Shown: piece by piece, positions 20,872 to 29,471 of the stretch
Position numbering within the stretch: the first letter of the stretch is position 1
Layout of the letters: each line of letters opens with the position of its first letter
Assembly (NCBI GenBank): GCA_001916005.1
Contig: MNRP01000056.1
Location: forward strand, 64,182 to 128,181
From: Clostridium sp. 26_22
GTDB lineage: Bacteria > Bacillota > Clostridia > TANB77 > CAG-508
Length of the DNA stretch: 64,000 bases
Direction: 5' to 3'
Program-made: the position numbers and the translations under genes
The notes under the pieces: model-generated
What the model was told of the DNA's origin: nothing
The model's input: only the letters and a program-made list of their open reading frames with translations
Databases searched by the model: none

Positions 20872-23601
20872 TTACTCATCTTTTGAACCATTTATTTTTA
20901 ATAATTTAAATATTTCTACTATAACTATTGGTGCTAGCACTAAGCATATTAGTTCTATTATATTTTCTTTTGGTAGTACTGGTATACTAAAGATTTCTCT
21001 TAATCCTGGTATTAATAAGATTACAAACATTAGTACTGCTGATATTATAATTGCCCCTATTAGCTTCATATTGTTAAATATTCCTGTTTTGAATATTGAT
21101 TTTTTATTGTCTCTTACATTAAATACGTGTATTAATTCTGATAATGCAAGTGTTACAAAAGCCATTGTTTGCCCTACTTCTATTTTTGATTGGTCTAGTG
21201 TTAATGTTCCTATTGGTTCTTTTGTTGTTGCAAGTCCTATCATAAATGCAGCAAGTGTAAGTACACCAATCATTATTCCTTGATATACTACTCTCCAAGT
21301 CATTCCTTTTGTGAATATTCCTTTTCCTGGTTTGATAGGTTTTCTTTGCATTATATCACTATTGGCCGGGTCAAAAGCTAAAGCTAAGGCAGGTAATGAG
21401 TCTGTTACTAGGTTTATCCATAATATGTGGATTGGTAATAATATTTCTAATCCGTTTATATCTGTTATTCCAAACCATTTACTAAATAATGGTGTTAATA
21501 ATGTTGCAAAAAATAGTACAACTACTTCTCCTATATTACTTGATAATAGGAATTGAATTACTTTTAATATATTGTCATATATTTTTCTTCCTTCTTCTAC
21601 TGCTGATACTACTGTTGCGAAGTTGTCATCTGTTAATATAACATCTGCGGCTTCTTTTGCTACATCTGTTCCAACTATTCCCATTGCACAACCAATGTCT
21701 GCTTTTTTTAGTGCTGGACTATCATTAACTCCGTCACCTGTCATTGCAACAACTTCACCATTTTTTTGCCAAGCTTTTACTATTCTAACTTTGTGTTCTG
21801 GTGATACTCTTGCATAAACTGAGTAGTGCCTTACATTTTTTTCTAGTTCTTCATCTGTCATTTGTTCTAATTCTAAACCTGTGATTGCTTCATCATCATT
21901 TTCTAGAATTCCTAATTTTTTTGCTATTGCTGTTGCTGTTATTTTATGGTCTCCTGTAATCATTACTGTTTTTATTCCTGCTGTTTTGCATTTTTCAACT
22001 GCTAGTTTGGCTTCTTCTCTTGGAGGATCTATCATTCCTACCATTCCTATAAAGATTAAGTCATTTTCGATTGTCTTCATTTCTTCTTTTGTTGGTATAT
22101 GGTCTATTTCTTTATATGCACATCCTAATACTCTTAAAGCATTTTGTGCCATTTTTTCGTTTTCTTGTCTTATTTTATTAATATAACTTTCTAATTCTTC
22201 TGATATTTGCCCACCTATTTCATATGAGTTACATCTTTTTAGTATTTCATCAATTCCGCCTTTTGTATATACAACATATTTATCTCCAACTTTATTTACT
22301 GTTGTCATTAATTTTCTATCTGAATCAAATGGAATTTCTTCTACACGTTCCATTCTGTCATATATGCTTGGATCAAAATTTAATTTAAATCCCATATCTA
22401 CTAAGGCTGTTTCTGTTGGGTCTCCTGTAAGTGTTCCATCTGATGATATTTTTGTGTCATTACATAACATATTAGCATATACTAATTTTGTTAATTCTTC
22501 ATCTATTTCATCATCTGAAATATTGCTTGCTTCTCTTGTTGCATCATTCCAAAATATTTTTTCTACTGTCATTTTATTTTGAGTTAATGTTCCTGTTTTA
22601 TCTGAACAGATTACTGTTGCACTTCCTAGAGTTTCTACTGCTGGCAGTCTTTTTACAATAGCATTTTTCTTAACCATTTTTTGAACACCTATTGCTAATA
22701 CTATTGTTGATACTGCTACTAGTCCTTCTGGTATTGCCGCAACTGCTAAACTTACAGCTGTCATAAACATACTTATTATTTCTTTTCCTTGTAATATTCC
22801 TAATATAAATATTACTGCACAAATAACTAGTGCTGCTATTCCTAAGGTTTTACCTAATTTATCTAATTTTTGTTGAAGTGGTGTTTCTTGTTTTTCTGTT
22901 GAGTTTATCATTCCTGCAATTTTACCAACTTCTGTTGTCATTCCTGTTTCAACAACTATTCCTTTTCCTCTACCATATGTTACTAAACTTGATGAAAATA
23001 ACATATTTTTTCTATCGCCAATTCCAATTTCTTGTTCTTCTATGATTTCTGATGTTTTTTCAACTGGAACTGATTCTCCTGTTAATGAACTCTCTTGTGT
23101 TTTTAAGTTTACTGCTTCTATTATTCTTAAATCTGCTGGTATATAGTTTCCTGTATCTAATACTACTATGTCGCCTGGTACTAGTTCTTTTGATGGTACT
23201 ACTTCCATATTTTCATTTCTAATTACTTTTGATGCGTGGTCACTTAGTTTTTGTAATGCCTCTAAAGATTTTTCTGCTTTACTTTCTTGTGCTACTCCTA
23301 TTATTGCATTTACTATTACAACTATTAAAATTATTATAGTATCTGTTATTCCTTCTCCTTGTAATACTCCTACTATTCCAGAAACTATTGCCGCTATTAT
23401 TAATACTATTATTGAAAAATCTTTGAATTGTTCTAAAAATCTTTGGATTATTGATTTTTTTGCTATTTGTTGTAATTCGTTAAAACCATATTTTTCTTGT
23501 CTTTCTTCTACTTTTTCTTTGCTTAGTCCTTTTTCTAAGTCTGTTTCTAGTTCTTTTTCTACTTCTTTAAATGTTTTGTTAAACCAATTTCTTTTTTTCA
23601 T
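20872..23601 (-). CDS. Calcium-translocating P-type ATPase (P2A/PMCA-SERCA type)
   Basis: CSDKTGTLT, MITGDH, TGDGVNDSPALKKADIG, ten TM layout, 909 aa. Confidence 0.9.
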   Translation of the reverse strand: MKKRNWFNKTFKEVEKELETDLEKGLSKEKVEERQEKYGFNELQQIAKKSIIQRFLEQFKDFSIIVLIIAAIVSGIVGVLQGEGITDTIIILIVVIVNAIIGVAQESKAEKSLEALQKLSDHASKVIRNENMEVVPSKELVPGDIVVLDTGNYIPADLRIIEAVNLKTQESSLTGESVPVEKTSEIIEEQEIGIGDRKNMLFSSSLVTYGRGKGIVVETGMTTEVGKIAGMINSTEKQETPLQQKLDKLGKTLGIAALVICAVIFILGILQGKEIISMFMTAVSLAVAAIPEGLVAVSTIVLAIGVQKMVKKNAIVKRLPAVETLGSATVICSDKTGTLTQNKMTVEKIFWNDATREASNISDDEIDEELTKLVYANMLCNDTKISSDGTLTGDPTETALVDMGFKLNFDPSIYDRMERVEEIPFDSDRKLMTTVNKVGDKYVVYTKGGIDEILKRCNSYEIGGQISEELESYINKIRQENEKMAQNALRVLGCAYKEIDHIPTKEEMKTIENDLIFIGMVGMIDPPREEAKLAVEKCKTAGIKTVMITGDHKITATAIAKKLGILENDDEAITGLELEQMTDEELEKNVRHYSVYARVSPEHKVRIVKAWQKNGEVVAMTGDGVNDSPALKKADIGCAMGIVGTDVAKEAADVILTDDNFATVVSAVEEGRKIYDNILKVIQFLLSSNIGEVVVLFFATLLTPLFSKWFGITDINGLEILLPIHILWINLVTDSLPALALAFDPANSDIMQRKPIKPGKGIFTKGMTWRVVYQGIMIGVLTLAAFMIGLATTKEPIGTLTLDQSKIEVGQTMAFVTLALSELIHVFNVRDNKKSIFKTGIFNNMKLIGAIIISAVLMFVILLIPGLREIFSIPVLPKENIIELICLVLAPIVIVEIFKLLKINGSKDE

Positions 23602-23664
23602 GAAAGTTCCTCCTTTTTTTATTTTTTACCAAATTTTGTGTTTTATTCGCTTTTGCTTAATATT

Positions 23665-23721
23665 AAAGCGAGACTTTTAAAAGAAATTTAAAAAATCAAA
23701 TTTCTTTTAAAAGTCTCGCTT
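23665..23721. other. 24 bp perfect inverted repeat (hairpin)
   Basis: AAGCGAGACTTTTAAAAGAAATTT, 8 nt loop, AAATTTCTTTTAAAAGTCTCGCTT. Lies between tRNA-Glu and the ATPase start, with no strong T-run. Confidence 0.7.
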
Positions 23722-23806
23722 ACTTAATTAGTTTTAAGCTTACTAACCAGATAATTTTGTTTATCGCGACTGTTGATTAGTAATTTAAAGCTACTCCCTT
23801 TTAATT

Positions 23807-23881
23807 TGGTGACCCCTACGGGAATCGAACCCATGATTCCACCTTGAGAGGGTGGCGTCTTAACCGCTTGACCAAGGGGCC
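23807..23881 (-). tRNA. tRNA-Glu (anticodon CUC)
   Basis: GGCCCCTTGGTCAAGCGGTTAAGAC... with anticodon loop CTCTCAA between CCACC/GGTGG; encoded CCA. Confidence 0.9.
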
Positions 23882-23934
23882 TTGTTGGTACTGTTTATTT
23901 ATACCATTTTTTTTATGTTTAGTCAAGCAATTTT

Positions 23935-24366
23935 TTATGTTTTATCTAATATTTCTTTTAATCTCACATTTTGTTTTGTTAAATATAAATAACCGATTAA
24001 TGCTTCAAATGCTGTTGAATACATATATTCCTGAACATTAGCATTTTTTGGTAAATGATGATTTTCTGCATTTCTTCCCCTTCTAACTATTTCTTGTTCT
24101 TTTTCTGTTAAATCATCATATATTCTTTTCAAAGTTTCCGCTTGTGCCTTAGCCTTTACATGTTTTATTGCTTCTATATGCAATGCGTGTGGTTTCAATT
24201 TTGTTTCATTTACTAGTTTTGTTCTTATGTATAATTCATAAACACAATCACCTACATATGCCCATGTAAGTGGTGGCATTAAATTTACTTCTGTTTCATC
24301 TTTTTTTAATTCAATAAATTCTTCCACTTTTTCCTCCTTATGTTTATTGTCTTTTTGGTTTTTCAA
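23935..24366 (-). CDS. mrnC: Mini-ribonuclease 3
   Basis: LTWAYVGDCVYELYIR and FEALIGYLYL motifs. Confidence 0.85.
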   Translation of the reverse strand: MKNQKDNKHKEEKVEEFIELKKDETEVNLMPPLTWAYVGDCVYELYIRTKLVNETKLKPHALHIEAIKHVKAKAQAETLKRIYDDLTEKEQEIVRRGRNAENHHLPKNANVQEYMYSTAFEALIGYLYLTKQNVRLKEILDKT

Positions 24367-25303
24367 TTGTTATTTTTCCTAATTGACCATTTTTAAATTC
24401 ATCTAGTAATATTCTTGCTGTTTTTTCTTCGTCTATTTTTCCACCAGACATTACACATCCTCTTTTTTTACCTATTTCTAGCATTATTTCATATATGTTA
24501 TAATTTTCAGGTTGTTCTTGTGCTAATTTTTCTTCTACGAAACATTCTTCTAATTTATATCTTTCACATAGATTTTTTCTATAATTTTCTAGTAAAAATT
24601 TTGTTAGTTGATATGCTATTTCTATTTTGTCTAATATTTCTTCTTTTATTGTTCCTGTAAAGCATAAATTCAATGCAACTTCTTCACTTTCAAATTTTGG
24701 CCATAATACTCCTGGTGTATCTAGTAATTCTATTTTATCGTTTATACGTATCCATTGTTTTTGTTTTGTTACTCCTGGTTTGTTTCCAACACCAGCTGAT
24801 GTTCTTTTTGCAATTCTATTTATGAATGATGATTTTCCTACATTAGGTATTCCCAGTATCATTGCTCTTATTTTTCTTCCTGTTCTTCCTTTTTGTGCGT
24901 GTTGTTCTAAGTCTACTTGCATTATTTTTTCTACTTCTTTTATGAAATTGTCTATTCCTTTTCCTGAGTTTGAGTCTACTAATACTGCTGGTATATTTTT
25001 ACTTTTAAAGTATTCCACCCATAGTTTGTTTTGTTTTTCATCTGATAGGTCGCATTTGTTTAATACTATTATTTTCTTTTTGTTTTTTGTTATTTCTGCT
25101 ATGTTTGGATTTTGACTTGATATTGGTATTCTTGAGTCTAATAGTTCTATTACTACGTCTATTAGTTTCATGTCTTCTATTATTTGTCTTTTTGTTTTTG
25201 CCATATGACCTGGGTACCAGTTGATATTAGATTTACTATTTTCTTCTTTATTTTCATTTTTTTTATTTTCTGCTCTCATTTTTCTTTTTTGGTACATGTC
25301 CAT
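24344..25303 (-). CDS. rbgA: Ribosome biogenesis GTPase A (YlqF)
   Basis: INWYPGHMAKT, circularly permuted GTPase (LNKCD ... GIPNVGKSS ... DTPG). Confidence 0.9.
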   Translation of the reverse strand: MDMYQKRKMRAENKKNENKEENSKSNINWYPGHMAKTKRQIIEDMKLIDVVIELLDSRIPISSQNPNIAEITKNKKKIIVLNKCDLSDEKQNKLWVEYFKSKNIPAVLVDSNSGKGIDNFIKEVEKIMQVDLEQHAQKGRTGRKIRAMILGIPNVGKSSFINRIAKRTSAGVGNKPGVTKQKQWIRINDKIELLDTPGVLWPKFESEEVALNLCFTGTIKEEILDKIEIAYQLTKFLLENYRKNLCERYKLEECFVEEKLAQEQPENYNIYEIMLEIGKKRGCVMSGGKIDEEKTARILLDEFKNGQLGKITIEKPKRQ

Positions 25304-25306
25304 TTA

Positions 25307-25612
25307 TTAACACCTCCTTTTTACAACTTGTAAATAATTTATAATACTATATATTAAATAAATTACTTGATATAGGGGAATAAACCAAAATAATTCAATT
25401 GTATATAATATACCCATAATTATACCACTAAAAAAAGCTTCAAATCCATACATTAAATTGCCATTGCTCATTGCAGGCATAGCCCAACCTGAATCAATAC
25501 CATGAAAAAAGAAATATATAGACAAAATAATCCAGAATACATAATATAATAGGCTGATTAAAAAAATAAATTTTAAAATTGATATTTTTTTATTATTTTT
25601 TATTTTCTCCAT
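25307..25612 (-). CDS. Small membrane protein
   Basis: Three predicted TM helices; no family recognised. Confidence 0.4.
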   Translation of the reverse strand: MEKIKNNKKISILKFIFLISLLYYVFWIILSIYFFFHGIDSGWAMPAMSNGNLMYGFEAFFSGIIMGILYTIELFWFIPLYQVIYLIYSIINYLQVVKRRC

Positions 25613-25669
25613 ATTTCTTCCTAACACTCCTTCTTCATTACTTCATATAAAATTTTTTTATAAAAAATA

Positions 25670-26674
25670 TTACTTATTATCTTTATTTTCTTCTAAATAT
25701 TTTTGATAAAATTCATCCATTGAAGAAATATATTTTTGATCTTGTATAATTCTAAATTTTTCATATTCTTTTTCTGCTTTTTCTACTGCTTCTTTATGAG
25801 ATATACTGCCACTATTATTTAATATTTCTTTTCTTCTAAATTTCAATAAATCATCAGTTGCAGTTATCCAATCCTTCATTGTCATAACATGTCTTTGTTT
25901 TGCTTCATCTTCAGCAAATACTAAAAACATATTTGTTAAATCTTTTAATTTTCTCATTTCTTCTTCGTTTAAATAATTCTTTGCAATAACCACATCATAT
26001 TTATATATTAAGCCATCAGGAGAATTTTTCCAATTGGTTAGTCCCATATGCTCTTTTTCTGAATTTACTCTTTCAAAAATTAGCTCTGCAGCAGTATGTC
26101 CACTTATAGCATAATGCAACTTATTTTGAACTATTTTAAAGAAAGTATACGCTTCTTCTGACTTATGATTGTAATCAGTTGCTGTTGCAATAAATAAATC
26201 AGTGATTTTTTGGTATGCCATTCTTTCACTAACTCTAATTGTTTTAATACGTTCTAATAATTCATCAAAATATTTTGCATCATATTTATTTCCATTTATA
26301 AAACGTTCATCATTTAATGCAAAACCCTTTGTCATATATTCTTTTAATATTTTTGTTGCCCATATTCTAAATTCTGTTGCTTTTTTAGAATTAATTCTAT
26401 AACCAACAGCAATTATAGCATCAAGACTATAAACTTCAGTATTATAATTTTTTCCGTCAGGTGCAGTTATTTCCATTTTGGAAACAACTGAATTTTTATC
26501 TAATTCGTTTTCTTCAAATATATTTTTTAAATGTTTTGATATTGCTGGTACACCAACATCGAAAACTTTTGACATACCTTTTTGTGATAGCCATAAAGTT
26601 TCATCTTTATAAATAGCATCTACTATAATATTACCTTCACTATTTTTATATATAATTAATTTATTTTCTTCCAT
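25670..26674 (-). CDS. RhuM family virulence-associated protein
   Basis: LWLSQKGMSKVFDVGVPAISKHLKNIF...YSLDAIIAVGYRINSKKATEFRIWATKILKEY is typical of RhuM. Confidence 0.8.
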   Translation of the reverse strand: MEENKLIIYKNSEGNIIVDAIYKDETLWLSQKGMSKVFDVGVPAISKHLKNIFEENELDKNSVVSKMEITAPDGKNYNTEVYSLDAIIAVGYRINSKKATEFRIWATKILKEYMTKGFALNDERFINGNKYDAKYFDELLERIKTIRVSERMAYQKITDLFIATATDYNHKSEEAYTFFKIVQNKLHYAISGHTAAELIFERVNSEKEHMGLTNWKNSPDGLIYKYDVVIAKNYLNEEEMRKLKDLTNMFLVFAEDEAKQRHVMTMKDWITATDDLLKFRRKEILNNSGSISHKEAVEKAEKEYEKFRIIQDQKYISSMDEFYQKYLEENKDNK

Positions 26675-26689
26675 TTTTTACCTTTCCTA

Positions 26690-27169
26690 TTACATTGTTC
26701 TATAATTATTCTTATCTGCTCTATCATCTAATTTTCTATCAAATTCTTCATTTTGATAAAACCAATCTGTTTTTTTATCTTTTGGATTTAATTTTCTATT
26801 TTTATCTAATAATAAATCAATTAAAACAGCTAATGGTAATATAATTCCTAGCATGGATATCATTAATCCCATATTTTCAGACATTGATAATGAGCCATTT
26901 GTTGATAATATATTTAATTTTGCAGTTACATCTCCACCAAAATAAATTCCATATAATGCAAGATACAATAATCCACCTGTTAATTTTCTTTTTACTACTA
27001 ATACTACGCATACTAAAAATGCAAATAATAATACAATTTCAAATGTTGAATTTATTGGTGTTATCCCTATAAAATTTTTTCCTAATTCTGCTGATAATGC
27101 AATTATTATTCTTAGTACCCAATACATAACCATAAACATTACTAATAAATATGTTGATAATTTTTTCAT
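26690..27169 (-). CDS. Membrane protein, 159 aa
   Basis: Four TM helices; ORF only. Confidence 0.4.
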   Translation of the reverse strand: MKKLSTYLLVMFMVMYWVLRIIIALSAELGKNFIGITPINSTFEIVLLFAFLVCVVLVVKRKLTGGLLYLALYGIYFGGDVTAKLNILSTNGSLSMSENMGLMISMLGIILPLAVLIDLLLDKNRKLNPKDKKTDWFYQNEEFDRKLDDRADKNNYRTM

Positions 27170-27260
27170 TTTATTTTCCCCCTTAAATTTGATCTCTAAG
27201 CTAAGTTCTTTTAGATAAGTAAAAAGACGGATTAGTATCCGTCTATTCTTATTAATAAAA

Positions 27261-27560
27261 TTAATCTACAAAATCAAAGTCATCTTTAAATTTTTCTTTG
27301 AATATTTCAAATACTTTGTTTAATGTTTCTTCATCTTCTACACTTACATAAGATTCTTCATCAGATTCTTCGTCTGTGTCTTCTACTTTTAGTATTACTA
27401 CTTCTCCTTCATCTTCTTCTCCTTCTGCTGTAACTGGTAGTAATACAACATATTCTTCATCATCTAATTCTACTAAGTCTAAGAATTCGAATTTTACTTC
27501 GTTTCCATCCTCATCATTTAATATTACTATGTTATCCTCTTCATTATAGTTTTCTTCCAT
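27261..27560 (-). CDS. DUF1292/UPF0473 acidic protein (YrzB-like)
   Basis: Acidic 99 aa protein (DEDGNEVKFEFLDLVELDDEEYVVLLP). Conserved position after ruvX. Confidence 0.75.
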   Translation of the reverse strand: MEENYNEEDNIVILNDEDGNEVKFEFLDLVELDDEEYVVLLPVTAEGEEDEGEVVILKVEDTDEESDEESYVSVEDEETLNKVFEIFKEKFKDDFDFVD

Positions 27561-27658
27561 CTTTTTTCTCCTTTCGATTCGATGCTTTTTTATTTTATAT
27601 TTAACAAATTAAATATCGTAATTATAATATCGTATTTTTTATTTTTTTGCAACTGTTT

Positions 27659-28084
27659 TTATAAATTTTCTTTCATCTTATTTACATATGTTTCTAATAT
27701 ATATACTGCAGATATAGTATCTACAATATCTCTTTTTTTATTCTTATTAATATCAAGAAAATTCATAGTTTTATGAGCTGCAACTGTTGTTAATCTTTCA
27801 TCAATTGTTTCTATTTTTATTTTGTTGTATTTACATTTCAATTTGTGTATGAATTTTTCTGTAACCTCTGCTCTTACTGTTTTTTCGCCTTTTAAGTTAT
27901 ATGGCATTCCAACTACAATTGTATCTACTTCATATTTTTCTAATATTTCATCTAGTCTTCTTAATACAACTTTGTCAGAATTATTTCTTTGTATTGTTTC
28001 TAATCCTTGAACAGTAATGTTTAGTGGGTCTGTTATTGATATTCCAACACGTGCATCTCCATAGTCTATTCCTAATTTTCTCAT
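27659..28084 (-). CDS. ruvX: Holliday junction resolvase-like pre-16S rRNA nuclease (YqgF)
   Basis: LGIDYGDARVGISITD N-terminus, DERLTT motif. Confidence 0.9.
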   Translation of the reverse strand: MRKLGIDYGDARVGISITDPLNITVQGLETIQRNNSDKVVLRRLDEILEKYEVDTIVVGMPYNLKGEKTVRAEVTEKFIHKLKCKYNKIKIETIDERLTTVAAHKTMNFLDINKNKKRDIVDTISAVYILETYVNKMKENL

Positions 28085-28086
28085 TA

Positions 28087-28347
28087 TTAATCCTCTAAAT
28101 CTAATCCTATATAATTTTTTACCATTTTTTCTAATAATTCGTCTCTTTCAATTGTTCTTATTTTATTTCTTGCATCATTATAACTTGTAATGTATGTTGG
28201 GTCTCCTGATAAAATGTAACCTACTATTTGGTTTATAGGATTGTAACCTTTTTCTGATAAGGATTCATATACCTCTTTTAAAATTTCTTTTGTTCTTGTG
28301 TTATCTTCTCTTTCTACTTGAAAGCTCATTGTTTTGTCAAAATCCAT
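28087..28347 (-). CDS. IreB family regulatory phosphoprotein (UPF0297)
   Basis: [21 protein letters not shown] signature. Confidence 0.85.
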   Translation of the reverse strand: MDFDKTMSFQVEREDNTRTKEILKEVYESLSEKGYNPINQIVGYILSGDPTYITSYNDARNKIRTIERDELLEKMVKNYIGLDLED

Positions 28348-28364
28348 ATTGTTTACCTCCTCTT

Positions 28365-29453
28365 TTAAATATTTGTAATATCGCTTTCTGCTTTATCTGC
28401 ATTATCTAAGTACTCTTCTAGTTTTTTCAAGATTTCTTCTAATCCTGTTCCTTTATAATATGTTGATATTGCAAAATTTAATCTTGGTAATGCTACTTGT
28501 TCTTCTTCGTTTTCTTCATTTTTTAATGTTATTTTTGTTCTTTCTATTTTTTCTTTTAGGTCATTAACAAATTCTGCTACACCATTTATTTCTACTCCTG
28601 AAAATGCTATTACAAATTTTGGTCCCATATATCTAACAAATACATATTGGTTTGATATATTTTCTTTTATATAGTCAGAAATTTGTGTAATTGTTTTATT
28701 TCCTAATTCTCTTGAATATTTTTTGTTTATTTCTTCTAGATTAGTTATCTTAAACATACAAATTGTTGATGTTGTATATTGGTCTATTATTTTTCTTCCT
28801 TCTCCATATAGGTATTCTTCTGAATATAATCCAGAGAATAGGTCTTTTCTTACTATTGATTCTAGTGTTTTTTGATGTACAACTGTTTTTAAGACTGATA
28901 CTATATTGTCTTTTATAACTTCTAATACTGTTGTGTCCACATTATCAAAATCATGTGGTGTTCCACTTTCTATAATCCAATAGCCAATATAAACATTGTC
29001 TATGTATAATGGAAAGAAGATTGCTGATTTGGCTCTTCCAAATTCCATTTGTTGATATGGCAATCTTTCTTTATCATTATTTACTGTAACATATTTTGGA
29101 GTTGCTTGTGCTATACTGTCTTTAAACATGTCTACATCTTGGAGTGATCTTAAAGAATCCCAGTGTCTTTGGTCAACATTTGATGCTTTTACTTCATATT
29201 CTGCACCATTAAAGACAACAATAGTAGAATACTTTATTTCATATTTTTCTATTAATATTTCATTAATTTTTTTAATTTTATCATCAACTGATGATGTTTC
29301 TCCTATTGCATCCATAAAGTCTTGTACAACCGATAAATTTGTTATTTTTTGATTAATGTTTTTATATGTTTGTATTTTTTTATGGATGTTAAGATTATAT
29401 ACAATTAATCCGATTACTACTACTATTAGTATTATTACTATTGCTATTAACAC
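28365..29453 (-). CDS. Membrane-anchored sensor protein with GAF-like region and degenerate GGDEF-like domain
   Basis: N-terminal TM. The C-terminal segment has the GGDEF fold pattern, but the motif position reads [10 protein letters not shown] instead of GGDEF. Confidence 0.45.
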   Translation of the reverse strand: MLIAIVIILIVVVIGLIVYNLNIHKKIQTYKNINQKITNLSVVQDFMDAIGETSSVDDKIKKINEILIEKYEIKYSTIVVFNGAEYEVKASNVDQRHWDSLRSLQDVDMFKDSIAQATPKYVTVNNDKERLPYQQMEFGRAKSAIFFPLYIDNVYIGYWIIESGTPHDFDNVDTTVLEVIKDNIVSVLKTVVHQKTLESIVRKDLFSGLYSEEYLYGEGRKIIDQYTTSTICMFKITNLEEINKKYSRELGNKTITQISDYIKENISNQYVFVRYMGPKFVIAFSGVEINGVAEFVNDLKEKIERTKITLKNEENEEEQVALPRLNFAISTYYKGTGLEEILKKLEEYLDNADKAESDITNI

Positions 29454-29471
29454 TTTTTTACCTCCTATTTT

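Noticed and set aside
25307-27169. The RhuM gene flanked by two small membrane-protein genes as a possible mini-island or toxin system.
   Set aside because: I saw no repeats, integrase, tRNA target or recognisable partner domains. It was left as plain annotation.
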